DNA of 63,500 bases, the filler included, from Globobulimina sp. (lineage: Eukaryota), in the NCBI GenBank assembly GCA_003354225.1. It is 39 parts of 39 records of this genome, joined end to end, with 100 filler letters (N's around TTAATTAATTAA, not from the genome) between each part and the next. Parts side by side here need not be neighbours in the genome. Positions count along the whole stretch, not along the records: positions 24,473 to 26,003 come from PIVH01015224.1; positions 26,104 to 27,634 come from PIVH01015225.1; positions 27,735 to 29,265 come from PIVH01015226.1; positions 29,366 to 30,896 come from PIVH01015227.1; positions 30,997 to 32,527 come from PIVH01015228.1; positions 32,628 to 34,158 come from PIVH01015229.1; positions 34,259 to 35,789 come from PIVH01015230.1; positions 35,890 to 37,420 come from PIVH01015231.1; 31 more parts are not named here. One strand, written 5' to 3'. The notes beneath the pieces were generated by a model. The model was given only the letters and a program-made list of their open reading frames with translations, searched no databases and was not told the DNA's origin. Position numbers and translations under genes: made by a program. Within the stretch, counting starts at the first letter, position 1; every line of letters begins with the position of its first letter. This document shows, piece after piece, positions 24,473 through 37,520 of this stretch.

Positions 24473-25315
24473 GCAGAAATCAAACGGAACGAAGTCAACG
24501 AAGAGGAAAAAGAAGCAAAACAAGAAAATGAGAGTGTTGATTTTATATCAAAAATATTTGCATCAAAATTAAATGGGCCGTTAACCACAATTGCAAAACA
24601 TGCGATGGATTGGTTAGTATGGAATACAAACAATGATATTTATTGGAATTTTGATTTAAAAAAAACTAAAAAGAAATATGTAGCATTTACTATGGATGAT
24701 TCACCCGGTATTGGATTAAAAGGAACCATGGAATTATTGGATTTTTTGAAATCGTTAAATATTCAAATAACGTTTTTTATAATTTCATCAATGGTTCGAC
24801 ATCCAATCACAAAGGAAATAAATGTGGCCGCAGCCAAGGTAATAAATAGAATGTTATGCGATGGCCACGAATTGGCAAATCATGCAGTTTATGATGAAAA
24901 ATTAATAAATTTACAAGAGAATGAATATTATGAGAAAATTAAGGAATGTGAGGATACAATTTGTGAATTTGATAAAAATTTCAAAAATAAAGTTAAATGG
25001 TACAGACCGCCGAGTGGTATGATGACCAAATTACATTATAATGTGCTAAATCAATTTGGATATAAAATAGCAATGGCTAATAAATATGGGCGTGATACCC
25101 AAAACTGTAAATCTATAAATTATTTAATTGATTTCTATACTAATGACGTAAACGAAGGGGATATTATTATTATTCATACGCCTGATGAATTGAGAGAGGA
25201 TAGATATGAGTTATTAAAAGCAATTAAAATAATAATCACACGCTTGCATAATAGTGGAATTTTGTTAACCACACTATCCAATGTGTACAATTGCTCAATG
25301 CATAGTTCTGACTGA
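24473..25315 (+). CDS. Polysaccharide deacetylase (NodB/CE4 family), 5' partial
   Basis: FTMDD, ELANHAVYD, WYRPPSG, GDIIIIH motifs. Confidence 0.85.
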   Translation, partial: AEIKRNEVNEEEKEAKQENESVDFISKIFASKLNGPLTTIAKHAMDWLVWNTNNDIYWNFDLKKTKKKYVAFTMDDSPGIGLKGTMELLDFLKSLNIQITFFIISSMVRHPITKEINVAAAKVINRMLCDGHELANHAVYDEKLINLQENEYYEKIKECEDTICEFDKNFKNKVKWYRPPSGMMTKLHYNVLNQFGYKIAMANKYGRDTQNCKSINYLIDFYTNDVNEGDIIIIHTPDELREDRYELLKAIKIIITRLHNSGILLTTLSNVYNCSMHSSD

Positions 25316-25331
25316 GCCTAATTCCTAAATT

Positions 25332-25922
25332 ATGTACAGTTCCATAATTATTCTATTTTTAGTGACGAATTTAATGTACCGTAAAAGGGATCAGAAACCT
25401 AAAAGAAAAACTTTCCTTGCACCTATACCAATCATGTCCACCAAAGCACCGCCAAATAAGAAACGCAAACTAAACACCAATGCAATGGAAGAAAAACGTA
25501 CGGATGAATCACAGTCCATTGCTGAACTTATTTTAGGTTCACAGATTCAGGATATATTTGGAAATACGTGCCTGACTATAGATAAATTAGATCAATTATC
25601 CAAAAAATTGACATTATTACAAAATGAAACCAAACAACGTTTAATGAACGCAATTTCATTCGATACAATGGATGGGTCAAATCTTACACTGAGTCGGAAT
25701 TTATTACAGAAATGTGTCACTTGCACAAAATCAAATATTGAGAATGGAGACAGTCAATGTGATCTTGGACGCAATTATTTTCATGTTACATCATCTGGAA
25801 CATTTGAGATTGGACCAAATAAAACAAAATTACATTTTAAGTGTCAAATTGGAGATGAAGAAGGAGAGGAGAAAGATGGTGAAATATCATTTGGTGATTT
25901 ATGGAGTGTTGAATTGCCCTAA
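25332..25922 (+). CDS. Hypothetical protein; NLS-like PPNKKRK; ends within a tandem repeat
   Basis: 196-aa ORF; true start may be the later MSTKAPP. Confidence 0.45.
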   Translation: MYSSIIILFLVTNLMYRKRDQKPKRKTFLAPIPIMSTKAPPNKKRKLNTNAMEEKRTDESQSIAELILGSQIQDIFGNTCLTIDKLDQLSKKLTLLQNETKQRLMNAISFDTMDGSNLTLSRNLLQKCVTCTKSNIENGDSQCDLGRNYFHVTSSGTFEIGPNKTKLHFKCQIGDEEGEEKDGEISFGDLWSVELP

Positions 25923-26003
25923 ACTATGCTAGTAATCATTGCCCTAAACTATCCTATCATTGCCCTAAACTATCCTAAACTATCCTATACTAACCATAAA
26001 CTA
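25913..26003 (+). repeat. Degenerate minisatellite (ATTGCCCTAAACTATCCT-like)
   Basis: Three ATTGCCCTAAACTAT copies, then shorter CTAAACTAT variants to the contig end. Confidence 0.75.
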
Positions 26004-26103
26004 NNNNNNNNNNNNNNNNNNNNNNNNNNNNNNNNNNNNNNNNNNNNTTAATTAATTAANNNNNNNNNNNNNNNNNNNNNNNNNNNNNNNNNNNNNNNNN
26101 NNN

Positions 26104-27634
26104 AAGTATATACGTCGTCACCCTGCATTATTATTAAATAAATTAGCCACAAAATCTGCGACAAACACAGAAAATAAAGATAATAATAATAACAACACAG
26201 CAAGCAATAATGATATATTTTTTTGTAACTCTGTATTAAAATTAGTTGACGAGCGATTAAAAACATTAGAAATTCTGCAAATGGCGGATTTAAATGTTTC
26301 TTTATCACATTTAAGTGATGCAAAACATGCGTTACATATGAACAACGTGACACGATTTCGTTATTTCATCGAACAGTCTTATTTGAAAGCACGCGAAGCA
26401 TTGTATAAAATAACAAATTTATTATACAAAATCTATGTATATTCCATTCTTATATTTGATGGATTTATGATGTTCAGCGACTTTGGTACGAACCTCAAAA
26501 ATGGGTTATATTTTATCAAAAAATTATTATCAGAAATACAATCTGATCACACTTTAAATGAAATGTTGAACAAATCCCTAAATTCATGGCGATGGAACAC
26601 ATTCGATAAGACATTAATTGGTCATTCCATACTATTCTCCACCAAAATATCATCGTTGATCAGAGCCATAAAAAACAAAATAAATCAACAACATAACACA
26701 GAAACAGCGACAACCAATGAAATTGACGAAACTACCAAAGAGTTGAAATTATTATTCAATGACATACAAAATAACTGCACTGTGTTAAAAACAATAGGCA
26801 TTAACGACAATGATGGCGATGAAAAATATGATATGAACATTGCAGAGTTGCGCGATGAAACTATTATCAATGATATCGAGTCTTGGATACCCAACATATG
26901 GAACGGCTATTTTTTTGGTGTAAACAGCAAACAGCAAAATACTGTCATTCAAGCAAAACATTATTTGAATTTGTTTCAAATGCAAATCGCAAAAGAAAAT
27001 GAACAGAATGAGGGCAATTTGAATGATTTATGGTTTTGTGAGTCTACCAATTTTATTTATGAATATATGGTGGACACTAAAATGTGGTTCACTGTGTCCG
27101 ATGCATTGCTATTTGATTATTATTATCATCGCAAAATACATAATAAAAAGGAGAAAATTAATAAGAAATTTAATATCAAAGCATTTAATGATCACTTTAA
27201 TAAATATATTATCGAAGATCGGTTAATTATACGCAAAAAATGGAGCTCTATACATCCAAAATTAAAATTATTGTTAAAGGATTATTTAACGCACAAAAAT
27301 ATATCCTTACATTCAAATATTCGCAATATATCTACATTGGATTTATCATTTAATGATAAATTATTCGGTTTGGATGGGATAAAATATATTTGCAATGCGA
27401 TAAATGTTAAAAATTCGCCTATTAAAACGTTAAAAATTGCTAAAAATGATTTGGACTTTAAATGTATTCAATTGTTTGTTATCGGTTTATTGTCGATTCC
27501 AATCCATTGTTATTCGTCCTTGACACAATTAAATATATCCTATAATACACAGATTGAGGATAACTCAATTTATCTATTATTAAATAAAGGCATTGCGAAG
27601 AAATGTCCACATTTGAAAAAATTATATATTCAAT
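26104..27634 (+). CDS. Leucine-rich repeat (RNI-like) protein, partial
   Basis: ISTLDLSFND, IKTLKIAKND, LTQLNISYNT, CPHLKKLYI. Confidence 0.75.
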
Positions 27635-27734
27635 NNNNNNNNNNNNNNNNNNNNNNNNNNNNNNNNNNNNNNNNNNNNTTAATTAATTAANNNNNNNNNN
27701 NNNNNNNNNNNNNNNNNNNNNNNNNNNNNNNNNN

Positions 27735-28669
27735 GTCTTTCTCGAGGTTTGCTTTTTAGGGTCCGCTTTTACAAAAATTACCGGTGGAGGAGGCGGAAAC
27801 GTAGGCATATACGATACGGCTTGACAGAACATATCTCTATAATTAGTTGGTTCAAGCAATTGGTCCAGCACTATCCCTTTTGGTATACATTTCCGACGTT
27901 CCAAATCTGCCCAGATTCTTCGCATTTCAGGTGTCTGTCGTGGTTTCAATGTGTCGGCTAATTTATCGCGCTTAACCTGATCCACACTGAGCATTCCAAG
28001 TTGTTCGTCTGGCAATCTTTCCAACCAAAATTCAAATGGTTCTTCAATATGAGGTAACGGTTGGCCCCAACCATGATAACTTCCATCCTCTTTCTGCGCT
28101 TCTTCTTGTGGTTTCTTGATACGACCATGAGTCATTTTTCCATCTCCTTTGGCTCGCACCATTGGTGGTGGAGTGACCCCTCGAACGGCCGCTTGCGCAC
28201 TACTACTCGGACCTTCAACTGTTGCCAACGCTTCACCTTCAGCAGCCGGTGCTACTGGTTCTTCGCCCATCAACGTTGGATCGGGGATCGATTCGACATC
28301 AAGATCTATCATTTCATCGTCATACGGTGTCACGACGGCTGATGCAACTGCCCTTTTCGCGGTCAATCGCCAATTCGTTGGCTTTGGCGGCGGAGGTGGC
28401 GGTTGTTCTTCAGTATCCATTGGAGTTTCCTCGGTGCCGATTTGCACAACCTTCTTTCCTGGTTCCTTTTCAACTGGTTCCGAAGCTTCTTCTCCACTCT
28501 TCTCTGTGTCCGACGAATGAACACTTTCTTCCTTTTCCACCGATTTAGACTTAGAGTGCGAACGTCGACGATCGTCCTTTGAATCTTCGGATTCTTCGGA
28601 TCGACTGTCTTCGCTCGAACTGCTGTCACTATCGCTGCTACTTCCTGACATTACCATGAAAATAAACAC
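27735..28669 (-). CDS. Hypothetical Ser/Glu/Pro-rich protein, GC-richer than neighbours (3' partial)
   Basis: ~310-codon intronless ORF; no recognised domain. Confidence 0.55.
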
Positions 28670-29365
28670 AAATTAAATTTCGATCAATGTGATAGCAATC
28701 AAAACTAAAAATAAATAAAGATTAGCACAGGCATATTTAAGGTGGAAAATGCCAAAATAAATGTAGGACGCGAAGTAATACTGGACAAAACTAAAAGATA
28801 ACTATAACGAGGGATAAAAGATAATTGGGAATATTAACTATTGATAATTCTAACCATAGCAACTTAGGTAGCTCCAAATAAATTGTAGAACCATGTAAGA
28901 GGGTCAGTTGGGTAAACTACAGGTAGACTACGCTAAGTTGGGACGGACAACACGAATAAACATATAGGACGAACATGTAAAAGAATAGAAAAATGAAAAG
29001 AAGAGATTGAGTATGTACACGAATCAATATATATATTCGGAAACGATATGTACAGTTAAAGACACGTTATACTGTACAAGAGGATAGAGCAACGTAAACG
29101 CAATATACGACATATAGAAAAAGAAATGAAAACATCTTTTTGTGATTTTCTCCATTTTATCCATTTTTTGTTTATTTTCGAATTTTTCGGCGATTATCTA
29201 CAACTATGTACATACGATAATAAGACGATTGGTACATGTTTTTGGGCCATAAGCCGGCATAGAGCNNNNNNNNNNNNNNNNNNNNNNNNNNNNNNNNNNN
29301 NNNNNNNNNTTAATTAATTAANNNNNNNNNNNNNNNNNNNNNNNNNNNNNNNNNNNNNNNNNNNN

Positions 29366-30888
29366 ACTCTAAAATTACTTGAACAGTTTTTATGTATTTT
29401 ATGCAAAAAAAATGAAGGATTTGAATTACAATGCAATCACAATGTGTGTACAAAATGCGCAAAACAATATATTGAAGAAAATGAAGAGATATTATGTCCG
29501 TATCCCAATGGCTGTGGTAATAATGGAATTATATCTGATTACGTGATAAAAGAATGTAATTTAAGTAAAGCGCTGCAAGAAAAATGTGAACAAATGAAAA
29601 AAAAATATATTATCTCATGTGATCCGACAATTACAACTTGTCCACAATGCAAAGAAGTATATTACACTGAAGATGGTGATATGAAATCTGTTGATAAAAA
29701 TGAAAAATGTCCAAATGGGGATGTATTATCATACAAACATTTACAGCATAAAGCAAAATATAGATTTAGATGCGAAAAAGTTACGCTTTATATGTTTTTA
29801 TTCCATATATAAATATATAACAATTATTTCAGATTGGATGCAAAACAATATTTTGCAGCGGATGTGAATGTGTGCCATATCATATTGGTTACACATGCAA
29901 TGAATATAAACAATATAAACTGTGCAAAAAGTGTAGATTTTGTGAAGTTTCGTTGAAGAAAAATAATAAATCACCTGACGCTGTTAATGTATGCAATGCG
30001 TTGGAATGCACAGACAAAAAACAGTTAAGTTGCGATTTGCAACATGAATGCGGACATTTTTGCATTGGATTGCGAGGCTATGAATGTGTTCCTTGTTTAA
30101 ATAAAAAATGTGTCGCAAAAAATGCGGGTTTAAATGATGGTGATTTTTGTAATATTTGCTGGGTGGATCCATTACGATTGGCACCTTGTGTTGAATTAAA
30201 ATGTGGGCATTATTTCCATTTTCTATGTTTATGTAATAAAATTAAGAGAAAATGGCCAGGTGCTCGGATTACGTTTGGTTTTTTAAATTGTCCGTTGTGT
30301 AAAAAAGAAATTATTCATCCCGCAATGGATAATATAACAAAGAAATATCGATATTTAAAGAAAGAAATACAAAAAGATGCAATCGATCGAATCAAAATTG
30401 AAGATTTAAATTTAGACAATGAAGAAAAATTAATTTCTAAATCAAGTGTTTATTATAATAATTTGCCAAAATATGCGATGGATCGTCCGGCGTTTTATTT
30501 GTGTTCGTTGTGTAATAAACCGTATTTTGGTGGTTTCAAACAATGTGAAGAGGCAGGAATGGAACAATCGGAAGAATATAATAAGAAATACTTAATTTGT
30601 GGTTCATGCGCATCTGGCTCGAATTCAAAATCATGTAAGACGCACGGAAGCAAATACATTACATACAAATGTAAATTTTGTTGTAGTGTGGCATCATTTT
30701 TTTGTTGGGGGAGTACACATTTTTGTGATAAATGTCATAAAAAACAAGCAGGCGGTGATTATTTGAATAGAAAGCATATATCGGAATTACCAAAATGTGC
30801 GGGAAAAGAGAAATGTCCGTTAGGTATTGAGCATCCTGCAAATGGCACTGAATATTCATTGGGCTGTGTTGTGTGTTTAAGAAAATAA
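29366..30888 (+). CDS. MYCBP2/Highwire-like RING-Cys-relay E3 ligase with upstream RING/IBR-like fingers (5' partial; intron 29780-29832)
   Basis: CGHYFHFLC..KWPGARITFGFLNCPLCK, PYFGG, CKTHG, YKCKFCCSVASFFCWGSTHFCDKCH, CPLGIEHPANG.EYSLGC. Confidence 0.9.
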
Positions 30889-31178
30889 TATTATTTNNNN
30901 NNNNNNNNNNNNNNNNNNNNNNNNNNNNNNNNNNNNNNNNTTAATTAATTAANNNNNNNNNNNNNNNNNNNNNNNNNNNNNNNNNNNNNNNNNNNNTGCA
31001 TTTTTGGCCGAACAGAAAGATTTATTTCAGCTGGTTTTTAATCTAAGCTTCCTTCTCCAGTTAGGTTAATAATGTCAACCTAAAACAAACAGTGAATTGT
31101 GCTGTGATAACGAGGCAAAATACCTGTATGTATTAAAAGCAAGCTGCTGTATATGTAGTCACATAACTACTGTGTTAT

Positions 31179-32199
31179 GTGGTGAAACAATACATAGGTA
31201 ATAATATTCCAACTATCAGTCTATCATCAATGGGTCTGATTAATTCATCATTTGATTTCCCAGAGTGTTATCCACCAATTGGACATGCCCCATATTGGAC
31301 CATATTATTTGGATTTATGACATCCACGCTTTTGACATATGTCACATATTCATCTGGGCGCGGTTTAGTTTCATTGCTGAAATCATGTATGAGCTGCAAA
31401 TGTTGCTCAAACAAAAAAATTGATTTCACAAAAACAAATAACTGGGAAGAATATCCAAAGATTATTAATATTTGCAGCGCAAACCCATTCAAAAAAAATG
31501 TTCACGCCGAGAAAATCTACGGAGACTATTTGTTGCGGCGCGAATCCAGTCATTATTATGAAAGTGCTGTCGAAAATGAGTATTGTTTACAATATGTAAA
31601 CCAACAATCATCTCCATATTATAATGGATGGGTATTGACCACCGAAACAGACCGCAAATATAGATATGAAATGGCTCAGCGCAACGATTTGATTTCCAAC
31701 GATTCTAACCAATTCAACAAACATGAAACAACTGTTTGTCTTTGTTTTATGTTGGATAATAAGTGGAAATAATTCATTTTTCGACCGTAAAATGTCTGGT
31801 ATTAATGTGATGAAAGTATTATTTTGGTTGTTGTATTTATTTTTGGTGATACCGACTGTGGCAACACATATTATTCCATTCGTGGTGGCGTATTGTTGGA
31901 TTTTGTTGGTTGTGGCTTGTTTTATGTGTATTGCATTTTGTTGTTGCATGTATCAGTATCAATATGAGGGTACCGGTGGTCTAAATATGTGTGCTATATT
32001 AATATCCCTCATATCTGCACTCATGATATATTTTTCATTGGTTTTATGGCCGGTTGCATGTATGAGCAGATTGTATGATGGCGATGAATATATTGATGCT
32101 TTATATTCAGTCTTTGCTGATAGACATACCACGGACTATATTCATCATTTTGTTGACAGTTACCATCAAGGAACACAGTTTATTTTGTGGGTATTGTGA
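31179..32199 (+). CDS. Hypothetical membrane protein in two overlapping frames (possible frameshift near 31720-31790)
   Basis: ORFs 31179-31772 and 31723-32199 both have TM segments; no clear intron found. Confidence 0.4.
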
Positions 32200-32821
32200 T
32201 TTTGTAATAATAATAATTATGACTTTAAATAAATCTTAAGTTTAGGTGAAGAACTCCACCCATTTGTGCATGTTTGTCGTTTAAAATCTGAGATGTTTGA
32301 TCCCAAAACATTTTAATAATGCACTGATCGTTCCTTTTATAGGGAAGGGAACTTAGGGAAGCCATTACTACTCGTGACCCGTTTTCGGATTAAGGAAATA
32401 AATATGAAGCAAAACACTGCATTGAGGCCATTGACGTTACACATTTCAGAATACATTGTATGATAAATGAATCACTGAGTATCACTCTTTATCTTCTGGT
32501 CAATAATTGTAATCATTGTTTGTTCCANNNNNNNNNNNNNNNNNNNNNNNNNNNNNNNNNNNNNNNNNNNNTTAATTAATTAANNNNNNNNNNNNNNNNN
32601 NNNNNNNNNNNNNNNNNNNNNNNNNNNTATAGGTATACCACACTATAACTTCTCAACGAGAATCTTGTACCAATCTCTAAATCAATTGCATGCAATGGCA
32701 ACAAGAAATCACGTTAATTTCATTAAAAAAACGAAGAAAAGCTAATGTAAATCTATTTATGTCATTCGCATACTTAATAAAATGATATTAATTATAAAAT
32801 AATATAGAAATTGTCTGTTAT

Positions 32822-34158
32822 TTACATATTAACATGTTTTAAATATACATTTCTCGCTCTTTGCCATATCTGTGAGTCTTTATTTTTTAATTCCAATAAT
32901 GTGCCTATTAATTGATCTGAATATTGAGTGCTTGCTTCGAATGGAATTAACGAAGGCAAGTGGTCAATGGCTGTGATATCCAGCGGCAATTCTTTGTTAT
33001 CAATAATCCTATGAACCGGTGCAAACATTGAAGTAATTTTACTATACACCGGAACCGGATTATTTATATTGTTTGGGTCGCACGCAACGTCTGAGATGAC
33101 GCTCAATCTTCGTTTCCCATTATTTGCGCATAAATCCATAGTTATAAACGGTGCGATTTTACTCGTCAAACGTATACAATTCACAAATATGTCATGATCA
33201 TTCACAATTGTCTCAAATGGGCCGCCTTCTTTCGTTTCATCCAAATCCCATTCACTGATTTCTGTCAAATTGCATGCCTTCGCAATATGGACACTACCGC
33301 CGCCACAACGGCCCAATGCGCCAATTACAATTACTTTGGGCGCGCATTTATATTTACTTTTTGGTATTGCTTTGGAAAGCAATCTCAGACAAAAACCTAT
33401 CATATCCTTTTCCGATGCCCATGCTTCAATTTTATCAAATTTCTCGCCTAAAATCTGTTTACACCAAATAATAATACCCATCGCCATCCCGACCATACCG
33501 GCCGACCTTCCAAATGCCGCTACTCGACGACCATCGTCGTTAACCAAGTATTCCAAATCCAAAATCTCCCCATTTCCCTACATTTAAAATTTAACATTTC
33601 AATTAAAGTAACTAACTGAAAAAAAAACTTTTTAATAGCTAGCATGGCACACTTAACTGCTTTAAACCGCTTTAAAAGAGGAATTGCTTCATTCTGTCCT
33701 TTAAAACAATGCGCAAAGAAAATATGGCGATGTTTTAATTTATAAGGTGTATCGTCCAATTCTTTTAAACCGACAATAAACGCAGAATTTGGTGCCTGTT
33801 GGACCCATGAACCACTCTCAACAATTTTGCATCCAATTTTTTTATATTCTGCGTCATCAATGCACCGCGTCTTGGACTCTTCCACATTGACTCGAAATCC
33901 ACAATTTACTAATTTTAACGCATTTTGCGGCGTGATTGCCACTCTTTTCTCACCGGGTTTCACTTCATCTCTTATCCATAATAATGGCGCTAACGTAACC
34001 TCAGAAAACGAGATGCCTAAATCGGATATTTCGGTCAAAATCGGCGAATATAATTCTTTGTACACTGGTCGAACCACGCCATTTATGCCAATTCGGCCTT
34101 CATTCAATGCGCGTACAGCCACTGCCAATGGCAACGATACGGTGCGTGCCATGGATGA
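32822..34158 (-). CDS. Saccharopine dehydrogenase fusion: LYS9-like C-terminus followed by complete LYS1-like enzyme (5' partial; intron 33578-33657)
   Basis: SSMARTVSLPLAVA...GVVRP...PIL (LYS9 tail); WIRDEVKPGEKRVAITP, GLKEL, HIFFAHCFKGQ, DLEYL...GRRVAAFG, IGALGRCGGG, IDHLPSLIP (LYS1). Confidence 0.9.
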
Positions 34159-34307
34159 NNNNNNNNNNNNNNNNNNNNNNNNNNNNNNNNNNNNNNNNNN
34201 NNTTAATTAATTAANNNNNNNNNNNNNNNNNNNNNNNNNNNNNNNNNNNNNNNNNNNNCAAAGTATTTAACATCAAACACAAACTGAGGGAGTATCACTG
34301 GAATACA

Positions 34308-34808
34308 TTGAAGCCATTACGCGAACATCACGTGAGCAGAATATTAAAATGTTGGAGCAATCAAAAGAAAATGAAATATTTAATTTGTGGCTATTTGAAG
34401 CTTGAAAATGTAGATCAAACACTGGCGAATCAGAAACGAATTATGAAGCTATTTGTACATTACCTCCGCTATGATTTGCAGCCATTGTCGTCGCATCATC
34501 ACGAAGGGCATGAACGGCATTCGCATAGAAAAGGAAAATCAGCAAAAAAGAAGAAAACGCACCGCAAGAAGCAAGCACCATTGTCGGTGATAGCGCAGCA
34601 TACAAAAAAAAGAAAACGTTGTCATAAATCAGGCAAAAAAAAGAAAAAATCGTCTAAAAAACGAAGGAAATCATCCCGAAAACAGGCTCCTTTATATCTC
34701 ATTTCCTCTCACTCTGAGGAGAGCGAACCAGGTTATATGGCATCGATCGCTCCTTCTCAGCGCAGGGAAAGAGATGACGTGGCTTTTGAAGGTGTTATCA
34801 AAATATAA
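34308..34808 (+). CDS. Hypothetical Lys/His-rich protein (probably 5' partial)
   Basis: ORF with YLICGYL motif and basic tail containing KQAPL twice. Confidence 0.5.
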   Translation: MKPLREHHVSRILKCWSNQKKMKYLICGYLKLENVDQTLANQKRIMKLFVHYLRYDLQPLSSHHHEGHERHSHRKGKSAKKKKTHRKKQAPLSVIAQHTKKRKRCHKSGKKKKKSSKKRRKSSRKQAPLYLISSHSEESEPGYMASIAPSQRRERDDVAFEGVIKI

Positions 34809-35889
34809 CCTGTTATTTGCAATTTGCGCATATTTATTTTTGTTACAATTGATATCTTTTGAGATTGTTTATATTGTTTTGGTTTTTTGTCTTTTTTTTT
34901 TTGTATTTACTTTTTGTTTTTTGACCGTAAATATTTTTTCAGATCTTAGTTTTTTTCTATATTCATGTTTCAATTAGTTTTAGGCACTTATTTTTAAGTT
35001 ATGTACTCGTACCCGATCTGTTATTTTATTGTTGATTGCGAGTACTTTGTTTGTGTCTGTTATAAGTACTTTATTGTTATTACAAATAACCAAATAAATA
35101 TTGTTTGATTCTCAGGCATGTCCACCAACCACAGGATACAAAGGATATTAATTAATTAAAAGTGTTTTAAGTAATTATAAATTATTATATTTTTGTTGTT
35201 TATTTTTTGTTTGTTTTTTTGTTTGTCTGTTTTTGAGGGCATTCAAACAAAAACAAAACAACAACTGTCAATGTATATGGAATATTCTGGACATATAAGC
35301 TCATAGAAGCCATGTATTATGATATTGTATTGTTGTTGTTTTTTTTTGAAGCTCCTTAATCACAGCATTATCACTTTACTTACCGTATCCATCAATTATA
35401 TCCAATTGAATGGGTACGTTTATGTGTTTTTATACAAATATTTAAATTGTTTGCATTGTTTTTGTTATTACGGAGTATAACCGAAAAAATTGTCGCCAGA
35501 GTTATGGCCCAAAATCCCAAAAAAGTTGACGATATGTTCCAAAAGATAACTCCTCATGCGATAAGCTGTATAATTTTTTTTCAATCACTGCAGACACAAC
35601 TATTGAGCAAATGCATTGTGGTGAGCGATTATACTAATTTTCATAATCATTGTCGTTCATGTTTTAGGATCCATAGACTTTTGGGATTTTGGAACTTTGC
35701 GATTCTTCTATCCCGCTGCAGATAGAAACGTTTCTCAAGGTTTTGAGCAGGTTTTTCTGTCAATCAGCAACGCATTTGTTACCTTATAANNNNNNNNNNN
35801 NNNNNNNNNNNNNNNNNNNNNNNNNNNNNNNNNTTAATTAATTAANNNNNNNNNNNNNNNNNNNNNNNNNNNNNNNNNNNNNNNNNNNN

Positions 35890-37118
35890 CCGTAATCGTG
35901 GTCGTCCCATATTGCTAACCATATCGGATTCCAATCATCTGTGGTTTGCGGGAAATCTGGATGACGCAATAATCGCTTATACTCTTTGGTGGCATTTAAA
36001 TCTACCACCTCCCAAAACCAATTAAAGCACCACATCGGACATCGGTCACCATCCACTTCATCATTATCTAATGTAATATAATTAAAATATTTTTATCCGT
36101 CATTACAATGTACAAACGGACTTATAAGTGAGTCTTAACTGAGACACATAGCACATCCCAATTGATAGGGAATCATATCTAAATATACATTGTCTCCAGT
36201 AAGCAAAATAATATCTGGGTTATAATCTTGCATCGCTGCAAACGCTCTTAATCTCTTAAATCGTTGCTGTAAACAACTACCCGTCGCAATCACTAAAGAA
36301 CTTTTTAACAATGAATGATGTGTTTGATTACTTTTATTATTTCGCTGATAATCCGTCCATGGATCCGCCCCATCGGTGTTTGAAGCAGTTGTGTTTAAAG
36401 CAGTCGCGTTTGGAATGATATTAGTTGTTGAGTGAGAATCAACTGCTGATGGTGTCTGTGGTGTGTGCGGTGTGTGTGGTATGTGTGGTGTTTGCGGTGT
36501 TTGCGGTGTTTGCTCCGTTGCAATTGGGACATATATTGGTTCAGATTCACTTATAACTGCTTTTCTAACAGCATCGAGATCTGAATTACTATCCAATTTA
36601 TATAAGTCCATCGTCTGCCGCACTGTATCGATAATACATTCCCATTTGGTATTTGCTGGTAAGACAAAGTATTTTGATGGAGATATATCTAATTTGGCGT
36701 GAAAGAAATTAGTTTCTTGTAATGTGGTAACAGGTAATTCTTGAGCAGTACTCCAATATTGTATTGCTGGTATTGCTGGAGCAGAATAGCCTGTTTTTAC
36801 TTGTTTAATCCAGCAATGTTCCGCAGCAGATTCTGATATGGATATCCGAACAAAATATTTTTCATCGGCATTATCAGCGGATCTTTTTCGGATATCCATG
36901 TGCGTGGATAACGGATGCATTTGAAGAACTGCTGGAGGATCGCCCATTTCTCCTTTTTCAAGATAATATGCTACATTTTCTGAGATACTTTGTGGTGAGG
37001 TTGCTATGTATGGTGAATATTGACAATGTTTGTAATGATTTCATCAAACAAGATAACTTTTGAACATACCAATGCATCCTGCTACGATGATCGAGAAACA
37101 AACGGCAAGTGATGACAT
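35890..37118 (-). CDS. Secreted PhoD-like alkaline phosphatase (introns 37004-37069, 36068-36139; 3' partial)
   Basis: Signal peptide MSSLAVCFSIIVAGCIA; ATGSC, PDIILLTGDNVYLD, AIWDDHDYG; both splices restore frame. Confidence 0.85.
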
Positions 37119-37520
37119 GAAAAATCTGTAATTTTCAGATGAAGTAAAACGGTAATTTGAAAACTATGCAAAACTTTAAGGTCGAGAAGTAAAAATCTAT
37201 GGAGATTGAGACTGCAAGCAATGGAATGTTAAACATTTGGGAAATAATTATCAACATTTGTAACATGAGTCAATGAGCTTGGATTCCATTTTGGATTTCT
37301 ATCTTTGTCAACCAACACTGCCCTTATGCCTTCATAAAAATCATGCTGTCTCATAAATTCTGTAACAATATCAAATTCCATATCTAAGCATTCCCTCAAA
37401 TTCTTGTTTCTCCCTTCATANNNNNNNNNNNNNNNNNNNNNNNNNNNNNNNNNNNNNNNNNNNNTTAATTAATTAANNNNNNNNNNNNNNNNNNNNNNNN
37501 NNNNNNNNNNNNNNNNNNNN

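Noticed and set aside
25913-26003. CCCTAAA-containing repeat at a contig end as a telomere
   Set aside because: Units are longer and irregular, and the C-rich strand runs toward the 3' end, the wrong polarity
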